Shown piece after piece: positions 37,500 through 51,429 of a stretch of 64,000 nucleotides of DNA. The stretch comes from Marsupella aquatica (lineage: Eukaryota > Plantae > Marchantiophyta), in the NCBI GenBank assembly GCA_973895155.1, contig OZ316899.1, positions 3,183,455 through 3,247,454 of the forward strand. Reading direction: 5' to 3'. Under the pieces are notes generated by a model. It did not search any database. It saw only the letters and a list, made by a program, of their open reading frames with translations, and was not told the DNA's origin. Position 1 is the stretch's first letter; each line of letters opens with the position of its first letter. A program made the position numbers and the translations under genes.

Positions 37500-40400
37500 T
37501 GAGGGTGTTGTGGATTACATTAACTAGTGTGCTTTTGTACATGCCCTTGCCAGCACCCTCGTCTAGAGCCCACTTCCCGGGCCCCTTACATGCTACATGC
37601 CCACTACATATGAGGCTATGTTGTCTAAGAGTTTTTGAGAGCATTACACCAAAGCATTAACAAGTGAGCCTTCCCATGACTATATGACCTCCAATATGCC
37701 AACATAAATGGCTTCCAATATGATAGCGTGAGTGACCCCAAGTTTAGTCCTTAGATTGAAGCACCATTTAATTCACAAATGACCCAATGAACTCCCTTGT
37801 ACCTCCAAAGAGACCCCCCCAATAGCCTTTGTAAAGACCACATTTCCAGTCATTTAGTACTTCTGACCTCTAGTATGACAACCAAGATTACCCTAATTTG
37901 AGGTGTTTTCATTAATGACCACATATGCAGTCAATTGCTCCAAATGACCTCCAATATGACTACCAAGATGACCCTTATTGTAGTCATTGGCATTAATGAC
38001 AGACATTATGTGAAAATGACCCAATGAAGAGTATACTACCTCTCGGAGTGCCCCCTTACAATTCCTTTGAAATTTAATAGAATATATCCAAAATCCAAAT
38101 GTCGGCACAAACATGACATAGTTATATAGAGGACATAGTCTTCCACTAGTATTGCACTATATACCTCTTGGAGAGACAAAAACAATTTTTGTTTGCCTTT
38201 GGAATGGATGGTATGCATGCATGGTGATACTTTTGGCAAATCACTCCAATGTTGTATGACTTGGGAGTGATTTCCCCAAGGTTGCATCATCCCTTAAGTA
38301 ATTGCAAAAACTTGGCTCCAAAGTGCTCATGGTGCAACTAGTGGTTGGAGAATAGTAAGTATAGTATCCCGCACCTATTGGAAAGGTTGCCAGCTCCATG
38401 TAGGGCCCCATGGCAGTCTAGGGCCCACTTCCAGCCCTTATCCCCAAACTGGTCATTTAGGTTGGTCCATAATGACACCATGAGGGACCTCTTTAATGAC
38501 CAGGTATGCAGTCATTTGGTCCAAATGACTGCCAATATGACTGCCAAAATGACCCATATGGTAGTCATTGACTTTAATGACACACCGTTACTCCAAAATG
38601 ACACTACCTATTGGAGTGGCCCCTGGAAAATCCTTAGCAATTTAATAGAATATTCCTCACCCAAACGCCAGCACAAACATGACAAAGTTAAATCGAAGGA
38701 CAACAACCTTCCACTGGTTTTGCGCTTACTCTTAGAGAACAAGAAAACAACTATTATATAACTTTGAATGTGGTGGTATACATCCATGGTGACACTTTTG
38801 GCAAATCACTCCAAAACCGTATGCCTTGGGAGTGATTTCCCCAAGGTTTCATCGTGCCTTAACAAAATGCAAAAACATGACTCCAAAGTGTTCATGGTGC
38901 AACTAGTGGTTGGAGAATAGTGGGTATAGTACCCCGCACCTAGTGGAGAGGTTGCCACCTTCATGTAGGGCCCCATGGCACACTAGGGCCACCTTAAGCT
39001 CCTAGACTCAAAAGGGTCATTTCTGATGGTCCATAATGACACCATGAGAGACCTCTATAATGACCCCATATGCAGTCATTGTGCACAAATGACTTCCAAA
39101 ATGATTGCAAAAATGACCTTTATTGCAGTCTTTGGCATTAATGACACACTATTCCTCCAAAATGACCCAATGAAGATTACAACACCTACTCACAATGCCC
39201 CAACACTATTCATATGCAAAATGGAGTATTCCCCATCCAAACACCGGCACCAACATGACACAATTATATCACAGGATGACAACCTTCCATTGGTGTTGCA
39301 CTAGTTCTTGGAGAGACAAAAAAGGGCTTCGGCACCGATGGTATGCATCCATGGAGACACTTTTAGCAAATCACTCCAAAGTCATATAACTTGGGAGTGA
39401 TTTCCCCAAAGGTGCATCATGCCTTAAGTAAATGCAAAAACATGTGTCCAAAGTGTTCATGGCACAACTAGTGGTTGGACAATGATGAGTATAGTGTCCC
39501 GCACCTAGTGGAGGGGTTCTCAGCTCTATGTGGGGCCCCATGGCACTCTAGGGTCCACCTCCGGCCCCTAGCCCCAAACTGGTCATTTGTGCTTCTGCTT
39601 AATGACTGCACAAGGGACCCCTCAAATGACCACAAATCCAGTCATTTGACTTATGTGACAGCCCATATGACAGATTTAATGACCCTACTTGTAGTCATTG
39701 GTATTTATGACACCAATTTTTTCAGAAATGACTCAATGAAGATTACACTACCTCCTTGAGTGCCCCATCACCATTCATTTGCAAAATAGAATATTCCCCA
39801 TCCAAGCACCGGCACAAACATGACAGAATTACATGGAAGGATGACAACCTTGCACTACTTCTTGCAGAGACAAAAAAAATGGCTTCATTTCCTTTTAGAT
39901 AGGATGGTATGCATCAATGGTGACACTTTTGGCAAATCACTCCAAAGTTGTATGACTTGGGAGTGATTTCCCCAAGATTATATCATCCCTTAAGTAAACA
40001 CAAAAACATGGCTCCAAACTACTAATGGTGCAACTAGTGGTTGGAGAATAGTAAATATAGTATTTGACACCTAGTGGAGGGGTTGCGAGCTCTATGTGAG
40101 GCCACATGGCACTCTAGGGCCCACCTCTAGCCCTTAGCTCCAAATTGGTCATCCATGCTTGTCTTCAATGACTGCACTAGAGACCCCTCAAATGACAACA
40201 AGTCCAGTCATTTGAATTATATGACATCCCATATGACCATTTCAATGACCCTACTTGAGGTCATTGGCACTTATGACATGACTTTGTTAAAAAATGACCC
40301 AATGAAGGTCCTAGTACCGCCAGAGAGAGCCCGTTGTACATTCCTTGCAAAAATGGAATATTTGTATACCTTTAAACATCAGACACATCATAGAGGGAAG

Positions 40401-41400
40401 CACCACTGCCACGCCCATTCCATTGGTGTTGCGCTACCTCTTGGAGAGACAAAAAAGGGCTTCATTTGCGTTTGGAACAATGATATGCATCCATGGTGAC
40501 ACTTTTGGCAAATCACTCCAAAGTTGTATGACTTGGGAGTGATTTCCCCAAATTAAGGTGCATCGTGCCTTCAATAAACGCAAAAACATGTGTCCAAAGT
40601 ATTTACGTTGCAACTAGTGATTGGACAATGATGAGTATAGTGTCCCACACGCAGTGGAGGGGTTCTCACCTCTATGTGGGGCCACATGGCACTCTAGGGC
40701 CCACCTCCAGCCCCTAGCCCCAAACTGGTCATTTGTGCTTTTGCTTAATGACTACACAAGGGACCCCTCAAATGACCACAACTGCAGTCATTAGACTTAT
40801 ATGACTACCCATATGACAGTTTTAATGACCCTACTTGTAGTCATTGGCATTTATGATAGTCCATTGCTCACATATGACCCAATAAAGGCCCTAGTACCTC
40901 CAAAGAGAGCCCGCTTTAGATTCCTTGCAAGGTTGGAATATTCCTCTTCCCTAAACCTGCACCCACACCATATAGAGAAGCACGACTCCCCTGCCCATTC
41001 CACTGGTGCAGCACTACCTCTTCGAGAACCCAAAAACAATTTTTATTTGCCTTTGGATGTGATGGTATGCATCCATGGTGACACTTTTGGCAAATCACTC
41101 CAAAGTTATACGACTTGGGAGTGATTTCCCCAAAGGTGCATCATGCCTTAAGTAAATGCAAAGACATGTGTTCAAATTGCTAATGCCGCAACTAGTGGTT
41201 GGACAATGATGAGTATAGTGTCCCGCACCAAGTGGAGGGGTTGACACACTCGGGCCCACCTTAAGTTCATAGACCAAAAATGGTCATTTATGCTAGTCCA
41301 TAATGATACCATGAGAGATGTCTTGAATGACAACTTATATAGTCATTTGGTCAAATGACCTCTAATATGACCACTGACATTACCCTTATTGTAGTCATTG
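37500..41400. repeat. Tandem array of ~565-580-bp units (at least 6 copies) inside the CACTA element
   Basis: The marker AAATCACTCC recurs at 38238, 38803, 39368, 39934, 40510 and 41092, and the sequence between markers is homologous. Confidence 0.92.
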
Positions 41401-42129
41401 GCATTCTTCAATGACTCTACAATTATGATCGGTGTCTGGAATGACTATTGAGTATTTTGATCTTGATATCTCTTGGGTTCTTTAATGACTCTATAAGTAG
41501 TCATTTATGCAATAAGTCCATAATGACTGTATGTTATTGTAAACATTGATATATCATGATTTTTAGATTGACACTATATTTTGTCATTTGTGCGACAAGT
41601 CCATAATGACAGTATGGTGTTGTAAACACTGATATATATAAATTTCAAGATTGACCCTAGAGTTAGTCATTTATGAGAGAAGTCCATAATGACGGTATGT
41701 TGTTGTAAACACTGATATATTTTTATTTTCAGATTGACCCTAGATTTTGTCATTTAACACCGTTGGTTAAAATGACGGAAATACATTTTTGTCATTTATC
41801 ACCGTTATCCAAAATGACCCAAATAGATATTTGGTCATTTCATTCATTGTCCAAAGTGACTATAATGGTGCTAAACACTGATTTATCATTGTTGTTATTT
41901 ATTGGGTTATTTAGGACATGTGTCTAAATTGACCATTTTAGGAAAATTGTGTCATTTTGGTCGCATCAGTCATTATAGACATTATACAAAATGACGCAAA
42001 AGTTATCATTTTATCATTTCAAGATATTGGTCATTGTGGACAGTCATTCTCCTATCATTCTTTTTGTCATTAGAAATTTTGGTCATTGATTCATTTCCAT
42101 CATTGGGTGATTGGTCATAAAGGGCCCTA
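41400..42129. repeat. CACTA right subterminal repeat field (GTCATTT/AAATGAC motifs)
   Basis: Same motif as the left end, mostly in the opposite orientation. Confidence 0.8.
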
Positions 42130-42142
42130 TTTTCTTCTAATC

Positions 42143-42931
42143 ATTCTTCTATTGAAAGTCTTTGCGGAGATCTTCAAGCTCCCTCTTCAGTGCCCTCTCC
42201 TTCCTCTGTGCCTCTACCATGGCCTTATTGCAGATCATTATGTGAGTCGACTCCGTGTCTTTCAGCTCTTTCTTCCACTTCTCCTTCTCTTTGAGCGCCT
42301 CGGCCAATTGCCCTTGGATCTGGGCAAGTTTACTCTTGAATAACTGGTTATCAGCCTTGGATGTATCCAGTTGCCCCTGCATGATGCTAAGCTCATGCTT
42401 CCTAACCCGCAACTCATCTTGAGCATGCTTGGCTGCCTTTAGATCTCTAGCCTTGGCTTCCTTCTTTCTAAGCCATCGGATGACCTCTTCCTTCTTCATC
42501 CTCTCCAAGGCCACTACTTCTTCCAATCGGCTTTTATCCAACATCTCCCTTTGGATAAAAGGCCCCGTCTCCAACTCTCCCCCAAAGATGTTGAGGGCAA
42601 GTAATCCACACATCTTCCCATACTCCAAGGCTCTGCAACGTGCATATGTGGAGTGGTTAGGAGACACTGGCATCTTCCAATGCAGCCTTTGTCCCACATC
42701 GCCTTTCAAACCTCGTCAAACGTGGGTAGGGGGGCGGCTTGTTCTTCGGCAAGCCACCGAATGTCTTCTGGCCATCCTCCCCCTAGTAAATCCTTCTCCT
42801 TGGCCAGGGTTGCCTCCGCCAGATCTTTGAGTTGCTCTCTCAACTCCTCTGCGGCCTGTTTCATCCCATCATAATTTGGAGGAGGGACTTCAAGTGGGGG
42901 AGACTCCGGGCTTCTCTGTTGTCTTGGGTCC
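42143..42931 (-). mobile_element. Family-A element copy 3, proximal part
   Basis: Reverse-complement homolog of 22765-23175 and 54380-54820 (…RALEYGKMCGLLALNIFGGELE…), followed by coiled coil. Confidence 0.85.
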
Positions 42932-43424
42932 AGTCGTGGAACTCAACTACCTTAACACTTAGCTCCGGCGTCGCTGACTCTGATGCCAAGCTCCCTTATG
43001 GTCCAGGCCCGGATAGGCCATCCGGGGAGGACTTAGCATGGGGAGACTTGTGGGCAACAAGACGTGGTGCTAGCAAAGGCAAGGAGCCAAGCTGGTGACA
43101 CACACTAAGGACTTGGACTAGCAAAGAGCTGGTTGGGTCAAGGGGAAATGGGCTGGGCTCAAGGACGACCGTCCAGACTTCTGGATGGACTTTGAGTTCT
43201 GAGGGCTTGAGTGTGAGCTCCTCTTGGGCCCAAGGCCCATGGAGTTGACGCCATGGGCAATGAACGCTCGGGGCGCAAGTTATGGCCCGATCCGGGTTGG
43301 GCTGATCGGGGGCCCCGAGCGGCGATGAGACCTGAGGGCCTAGGCATGAGCACTGGGTTGGCCCAATCACAACGGGCTAAGGCAATCCGCTTGCAAATGC
43401 CCAACGAGAAAGTTATGGGCGTTG
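42932..43424 (+). mobile_element. Family-C LTR fragment (starts AGTCGTGGAAC)
   Basis: Reverse-complement match to 21355-21870; homology stops at 43424 where TGTCACACC begins. Confidence 0.85.
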
Positions 43425-44989
43425 TGTCACACCATTCTAGGTAGTGTTAGAGTGTATCGTACTATCTAGATCTGTATGTTTGGTATGTGTCCTATATGAG
43501 CCAATAAGGTTCCGTCAGGTTTGTGTGAGAGGGTACTTCTCACTTGTGAGGCATTGAAAGGTCATCTTTCAATGTTGAGCCTTGGAGAGAGAGGAGCTTG
43601 AGTGTGGCTATGGTGGCTGTGAGCTCCGCTTGTGTAACGTGGATTCCTTGAGTAGTGCAAGGTGCGTTGGCTTGACATACGTGTGTGATTGGATTGGTGC
43701 GGGATCGATGGGGTATTGTTGACTGAGATCGTTGTGCCGATTGTATTGAGATTACATTGAAAGATGAGGAGCTTCAAACTCTGTTGTGCGGATAGAAGCT
43801 CAATCTGAGTTTAGGGTATAGATTTGCTATAGTCGGTGTTGAGAAGTTTGTGTCTGATCTGTGCTGCCATTCGACGGACAGTATGCTGCTGTTCGCATTT
43901 TTGTGAAGTAGATCGGGCCTGTTGAGGTGTAGATGTTAGTAGATTGGGCCTACATCGTCGTCATATGCAGATTTGTTGGGCCGATCTGTTGTTTTCGCAA
44001 GGGTAACAACCGCGGATGTTGGTAGATCGGGCCTGCATTTCTGTGAAGGAAACTTGAGGCCAAAGTGTGGATGCTGCCGAATTTGGAAGTTGGGTCCGGC
44101 GTAGCAAAGCGTTGCGGGCCTACTCTTTGGCTCATCTTGGAAACTTGTGGTTACTTGGGACGAGGGGCGTGAGGGCGGAGCAGGAGCGGGCGGGCCAACA
44201 AGCCTTGCTAGTACGTGAGAAGTAGTTGCAAGCTGTTGATTTTGGAGCGGCCAATTTGGTGCATAACTACAAGTGAGAGGTCACCCATCCCAAAGCTATT
44301 CCTTCCCCACGCGCCTAACTATGTGGTTCTTAAGTGCTTTTGTGTACACACACTCCTTTCCACTTTGATGTTAATGGAATGAGCACTTAGGCATTTTATA
44401 CACATTCTGGTTTGTTTAGATTGTCATTTTGGACCAAATCATAAGCTCTCTTAGGGTTTTTGATGCTTTTGAATCCACCTAGATGCATGGATTGAACCAA
44501 TTGTGCATGGATCCTTAGCTACGACATTGAACATTGAGAGGCCTATTATGAAGGCCCTACATTGAACATTATGAACATTGCTTGATTGATGTATGGTCAC
44601 TGTTGATGTGGAGAGTTATTGTGGATCTCTTCTTGTTGATTGGATCCTCTCCACATATGCTTCCTGTTTATGCGCCATGTTAGTTTGGCGTGGGCGCTTG
44701 ATTCCATAGGAATGATCCGGGTTTGCAACCGGACATTCTAGTTGTGCTGCGTATTTCTCTCTTGGTGACGTTGGAGTGATGCCCAACACACCATGGTGAG
44801 TGCTTGTGGTGCTGACAGGGACAAATTGCCCTTAGGGTTAGCACATAGATTAGGTAAGGTTGGTCACCACGGATTCTTCTAGTGCTGCTGGGTTACTCGA
44901 TGGACGACGGACCGGTTTCACTTGGAGTGGGGCGTAGTTTTGGCCAGCGGCATTGGTAGAAGTCAGCAGTGCAACTTCAAACAGTGATT

Positions 44990-46080
44990 TCGACAAGGAC
45001 TCAGTGACCAGTTCTCCTCGTCATCAGGTGGTTGCACCTTTGTTGTAGGATATGGACGAGATGTACGGGGCTACAAAGGGCCCACAATGATACTCTAGTG
45101 CAGTTGGCACGATTGGTCTGGATGACTTCATCCAGGAGTTTGATACATGGTGCGATGTGCAGACATTGCGTAACGCCACGTTGTTTACCCCTTTCATGGC
45201 ATGGAAGGGATTATTTTGGCATTTGGAGGAGCCACCATAGATGACTACCATGAGTTTTGGAAGGCTCATTTGGTTGAGATTGAGGCATGGAGGCAGCATT
45301 GGTCACCTAATTATGTGTCCGTCATCTATGGCACTAGTGCAGCTACCCAACCCATTGCCACAGCTGCTGCTTCTTCTAGCAGCACTAGCCAGAGTGACAC
45401 ACCATCCACCAGTAGCACTCTAGCAGCATCCACCGCTACTCCTGCCGGTGTGCTTGTGACAGGGACTGGGGCTGCACCAGCATTTAACCCTATGGTGGAA
45501 TTCTTTGAGGTATTGAAGCAGAACTATCAGGGTGTGAGAACTGATAAGTTGAAGGGTCTCCAGGAATTCCAGCGCACTGGAGAGAGTCTACGTGAGGCAT
45601 ACACTCATATGCATAGATTGATCACTGTCACCAAGGGAGTGATAGAGGCTCAGGCAGTCTAATTTTGGTATGCAATTTTGGACAGAGAATTGTGATGCAA
45701 ATCTCACATTAGCAGTTGTTTTTACACTTTTGGAGCGCATTGAGCTCAATATGGTGAATGAGAAGGTGGTGACTTCCGGATTTGCCAAGGAAGCACCAAA
45801 GGCTGCATCTACATCCACATTGTAGCCTACTGCATGGAAGAGCCAGAGGGAGAAGCCTACTGCACGAGAGTCTACCAGCTAGAGACCTGTGCCCTCTTAT
45901 GATGGACAGCAGTCAGGATGTTGGACCTGTGGTGGGGATCATGCACAGAGATATTGTCCAGATCACGGAGGATCAGGGGGAGCATCAGCGCCTGATTAGC
46001 GACAGTGTGATCACTGTGGAGCTCCTAGACACACCAAGGATAGGTGTTTCTCACTCCATCCTGAGTTACGGAGAGGAGGA
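44990..46080 (+). pseudogene. gag: gag with two zinc knuckles (DNMT-gypsy element)
   Basis: ORF 45201..45662 and adjacent frames; knuckles near 45918 and 46006. Confidence 0.75.
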
Positions 46081-47037
46081 TCCCGTACACATGATCAAGG
46101 AAAAGGAGGAGGAGGTAGAGGTGGTGGTCCCAGGTGAGACCTACTTCTGGTGATGGGGCATCTACATCCTATGGACCTTTCACATCCCATGGTCCTTCCA
46201 CATCTTATGGAGCTGATGGAGACCTTGCCACCATGGGATTCATGTGTGGCACTGCACATATTGATGCATCAGCAGCTTTGGCACGTGGGACAACCAAAAC
46301 TCTTGAGCCCCGAGGAGCAATAGTGGAGCTAGATTCATAGAGGGGGGATGCATGTCGACAGACAAAGCTTCCTCAGTCTTTTACATTGTCAAAGACAGTT
46401 CAGACTACCTCTATGAATCCGGTTTGGACAAACCCTGGCGTGGGTAAGTTGGCAAAATTAGGTAGTGACGCAGTAGGGATGACAAGTACCCTACTGGGGG
46501 CGGCTACTGCCATAGTATGCACCCAATTATTTTTAGCGACAGACATGCTAAACTTGGGAGTTGGTCTTGCAGAAGTGTTCAGATTGGCAGCTACACTCTG
46601 TGAGGACTCTCCAGTGGTTGCTTCCCATGCAGAAGCAGCTTGCAGTGTTGAAGCAATGAAGACCATGCCACCTACTACTACTAGTGAGACATGGCATGTA
46701 TCAACAGCGAGGTTGGTGGATTTACCAGCACGCCCTGCATTTGAGAGGGCTAGATTTAAACCTAGTGTTGTGTCATTGGATAATCAAAGTTGTATCTTCC
46801 GATTAGTTGGGCCTTCTGGGGCAGTATACTTGCCAGAGAGAGTGTTACTGGATACAAGTGCTTAGCCCTTGATGTTGGGTAAGTCTGCCATATGTGGATT
46901 GGGATTGCATCCAGAGGATTTGGAGGATTGTCCCTTTCCCATTCAAACTTCATTGGGGGGACCTACACCTACACAACACATTACCAGGAGACCTCTCAAT
47001 TTGAGGATTCAGGAAGGTCATACCATAGGTAGCTCAC

Positions 47038-50000
47038 TGTCACGTCGTCAGCCTAGGCCTTAACCTGGGCTTTGGCTTAGACAGACACATCCTTCGTCAA
47101 AATGAGGGTTCGGGCAGGGAGGGAGGCACGGAATGCACCTAACTCACATAAACTAGCGCTAAGTACGCCTATTGTCATATACGGACACCTCTTAGGTATG
47201 GTTTGTGTTCTGCCGCCGGAACGTACCTCAGTCGATAGCAGGATCAACCCCGGCTTACGGGCTTCTAAGCCTTCGTGTTGTCCGCCTTTGATCCGGATTC
47301 GATGGTATGGGTACTCAACCCGAGCTTGCAACCACTTACCCGCAAGTTGCACCCCGTGCACGACTTGGGTAGTGCGTTTGGCCAAGCATTGGCACCTATA
47401 CACGAGATTCACACATATACATACACACAAGCATACAATCTCGATTTACACAAAGGAAATAATGGGAAAGGATTTTACTACATAGGAGACATATGCGTAC
47501 ACTTAGTTGACCCGAAAGCTCTGGAATGAACAGGTTCGAGGCCGAGGGTGTACACTACAACGGAGCCCGGCTCCGCACTTGCCCAACGAGCTTAGTCCTA
47601 CACCCTCCCCTTGGTACTCTTTCACTCCCAGAGGTTGGGACTCCCCACACATACCGCGGATGTCCAACACTGAGACTAAAAATCCCCCTGCCTCTACCAA
47701 GGGGTGCACTAAATACTAAGGGCCAAGGAACTGAGTGCCCTCTCGCCCAAAGATTCGCTAACTAAGGTCCTAACTAAGCTGGCTGTCAGGCCGGAAAACG
47801 GCTTGTCTTATTAGAAGATCCTAATCTATGTAGGTTGTACAGCATGGCAGTGCAGCTGCTTTAACTAGGGTAGGTGCTTGTCCCTATAGCCTAATTTAGC
47901 TACTCCTACTCTATTTTAATCCTACTCCACCGCTAATGCCTGGCACGCTTGCCAGAGCCGCCCAAGTGGGAGCGGCTATCCCGCTGCCTTCTGAGTCTGT
48001 CGGTGTCCTGCTTGAGTAGCTGGACCTGGTCCAGCAGAGACTCGTTCTCCCGCTTTGCCGCGTCCGCCTCTTCCGCGGCTCCTTGCATGCCTCCTCCAGT
48101 TGCTGGGTGTCACTCGTCAGCTTATCCACCAACTGGGCCTGTTTCGTGGCTTCTCCTTGAAGCCGCGCCACCTCTGTCTTTAGGGTGTCAATCTTGGCTG
48201 TGTCCCGCTGAGATCTAGAGTCAGCTTCCTCCAGATCCTTTTGCCAACTGACGGTTTGTCCCTTCAAACCGTCAATCTTGGCCCGGAGCCGTGCGATCTC
48301 GACGCCCTTTCCGAGCCCGGCCTGTTCTGCTAAAGCTACTCGGGCCCTAGCCTCGGCAACCTGGTCCTCCGTGGCCGTTACCTGAGGCCGTAGTTGCTGG
48401 AGTTCAGCCTCCAGGGTTGCCACTTTGTCCTTCAGGTAGACAGACTCAACCCGATATCGATCTATTCTCTGCGCTGTCTCTGCTTGCGCATGTCCTACCC
48501 TTACAGCCACAACCAACTCCTGGTTGAAGAAGTAGGCACCCTCCGGGCCATGTATTCCCCGGTGTCTGTTGCAAGAAATCTCCCAACAACCCGTTCAGAA
48601 ATGTGCCCGACGCAAAGAGTTCCGGATGATCTAGACTGTGTCCATCTGGATTCGGGCACGGGCAGACTCCAACCCGTGTGGGAGTAGGAGTGGACACATC
48701 CAGCCCTTGAGGTAAGTTGGTCGAAGGGGCTGGTTCCACTGGAGGTGGGCGGTTCTCCTGCACCACCGCGGGGGGTGGCGGAATCCCTCGGCTATCGTGG
48801 CATCTGCTTTGGGTATGGCTTCATCCGGCCTGGCTTTGATTGCATTGTCCCGATTGATCGCGTCTAAGGTCACGATAACATCAATGGGTATGCCTGGCAG
48901 GGCGGTAGCGGCGGGTTGTGGGGCCGGGGTAGCAGGACTTGCAGCTGCCAGACTTTGGGCCTTGGGCTGCGGTTGCGTCACCTGGGCTGGGAACACCCAT
49001 TTTGGCAGGGTCAGCTTGGGCTTGTTGAGACGCGGGAGGCTTAGGCGGTCGAAACAAGCATACCACTTGATGATGATTTTGATGTGGCTAGCGAAGCACG
49101 CCCTTCCGCCAAGGTACAAAGTCTTCCTTCTTCGCTCCATCTCCTCGTGGAACTTCTTGACGAAGAAGGACGCCCACTTCCTGGGCCGATAGTTCTCCAC
49201 CTGGATGACCTGAGCGGCCGATATTACTCCTCTGGGTTCCATCATGTGGAGGGCATACCGCTGGAACTTGAGGCGTTCTGCTACCTCCGGGATGAGGCAC
49301 GTCCTCATTAAGAACCCATTGTCCACTACCCCCTTGGCCGAGAAACTAGAGGACTGGTATTTAGCTCCCTTGCCCCCAGGAACCCGCGACTCTACTCGGT
49401 TTATCCCCTCGGGTAAACCAAAAATCATCTTTAGACGTGCCTCATTGAGACACATCACTCTCCCGTGCGTTCGGGTTTGTTGACGGGCCTAATCAAAGTT
49501 CTAAATGAACTCTGACATATCCTGTCCGTAGTACCTGCTTGAGTTCCAAGGGAGAGAGGCGAGGTGCTCAAACCCTTGGGTCTTCAGATAGCATGCATGC
49601 TTGGGGTGGAGGATGTTCTTGTGAACATTGTCCCCCATGCGATGCATGGTCAGCTTGGCTACCGCAACCGTGGCCAAAGGCAACCCGGATACGGTTGCGG
49701 GCTCCTTCCTCTTCCTACCCCGAGACTGATTCCCGGGGTGACTAGAAGAGGGGGACACCTCTCCTTCCTCTCGGTCAGGTGGTGGTAGCGCGACTGCCGT
49801 GAGTATTGGTGCCGGGGCCGCTAGAGTTACCGTGTTATCCCCTTGGGCTTGCTGGAGTGGTGCTGGGTTGTTCGGCGCTTGTTGAGTTGTACCCCGCGGC
49901 CGTTGAATCAGAGGAGGGTGAGCCTCCTCATCTTGGGAGCTAATATTTACCGCATTCACCACGGATCATACTCGGAGAGGCGGTGGAACCGGTGGCGGGG

Positions 50001-50979
50001 ACCGGCTTGGCTGAGGCCGAGGAGGTGTAGGTGCGGGTACGGGCATGGGTTGGCGGGCACTGGTCATTGATGGTAGAGTTGCCATGAAGTTTGCAGGTGC
50101 CGGTGGAGGTTTTCCGAAGCAAGTGAAGACGGCCCTGTCGACCGGGCAGTGTTGAACTCGCTGTTGATGATAGCCCGGACCCGAGCGGGGATGTGGTCAA
50201 AGTGGTGCCGCTGCAAATCGATCGTGCCCAGGATATTGAAGACCTCGTCCGGAAGCCAAAGCAATGTCTCCCAGAAGCCGATGTATTTTCCTCTGTCGAA
50301 GAAGTACCCTGATACTTCTTTGGGTTGGTAAAGCTCGCTGTGGGACGGGTAATCAAAGTGAAGGAGATAGTGGTGTCGTCCTGCTAGGCGGATGGCTCTC
50401 TCGTATTGGCGCGGGTTGGCGTGTTTCAATGAGTTGGCCAAGTGCCCTCCGATAGACAGGAACTGAGTCCAGAATCGCATGGCTGAACTAGAAAGGATCG
50501 TGTGCGACATTCAGAGGAGATAGCAGGTGACTAAGGAAAAAGCAAGAGAGCCGGGGTCAAAGCTGGCGCGTGGACTGAAGAACTGGTGCACTACAAAGGA
50601 TCGGCCCCCTTTTATACCCTGAGAGCTTGTTGATCGCCCGACGCCTCCTCGTCGCTTATAGGCCGAGTCTTTCACGCTCGTAGTGTACCGGCCCCTTCGC
50701 CGGTCCGGGTCAGCTCATGTCAGTGGCCGCCTCCCAGAGTTTGTTATACGGACCCGGGGGGAAAGGGGGCCCATTACACGCTCGCAACCCGGGCGTGCGA
50801 ATGGCGACCCGCCGCCAGCCCGAACATGAATTCCCCTTATTGACTAATGATTTTCTACTCATAATGACTACCTAAATACTATCGTTATGCTAATAATAAT
50901 GGCCTAAGATACCCCTAACGCACGTGCTAAGCGTGTTTAGACCGAATCACTCATTACCCGCCATACCGGCGACGTCACA
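47038..50979 (-). mobile_element. Family-B element copy 1, 3942 bp, TG...CA, 5-bp TSD CTCAC, single decayed long ORF
   Basis: CTCAC at 47033-37 and 50980-84; ends TGTCACGTCG.../...CGACGTCACA; collinear reverse complement of 57440-61459. Confidence 0.92.
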
Positions 50980-51429
50980 CTCACAGATACAGGCGTGAGC
51001 TATTCTGACTAAGGTAGAGTCATATGATGTGTTGGTACCCATGGGATTTATTCTTGGATTTTGGGAGGAATCAGTGTCATCTAGACCTGATTGGCAGTCA
51101 GGAGATGCTCGATTGAAAAAATTGCCAATGAGATTTAGTGGACCTATGGGAGGCCCTAAATCCACACCATTGTCTTTGGCAGCATTCAATGGTGTAATTG
51201 CTAGACCTGATGATTTGATTGAGGGTAATGCGCATGCAGCAGATGTTCCACCATTGGAGGAGTCTCTTGAGGAGCATATCATGCGAGATTACTTGTTGGC
51301 AGTGTTGTGCCACCAGTGTGGGGCACTACACAGGCCTTGCCATAGGCAGCAACACAATTGGTACATGATGCATGGCGTCATGCTTTTACACCAGAGTCAG
51401 GAGCAGAGCAGTCTTGTGCAGATGGACCG

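Larger units (their letters stand above)
23944..42142 (-). mobile_element. CACTA (En/Spm) DNA transposon, 18.2 kb
   Basis: Left TIR CACTAGTAGAAAA at 23944; degenerate right TIR TTTTCTTCTAATC at 42130-42142; ATT on both flanks (23941-43, 42143-45); dense AAATGAC/GTCATTT subterminal motifs at both ends; internal TnpD and TnpA-like genes. Confidence 0.9.

Noticed and set aside
38238-41130. Regularly spaced palindromic repeats resembling CRISPR or attC cassette arrays
   Set aside because: The ~530 bp between hairpins is homologous from unit to unit, so this is a tandem repeat rather than unique spacers or cassettes.
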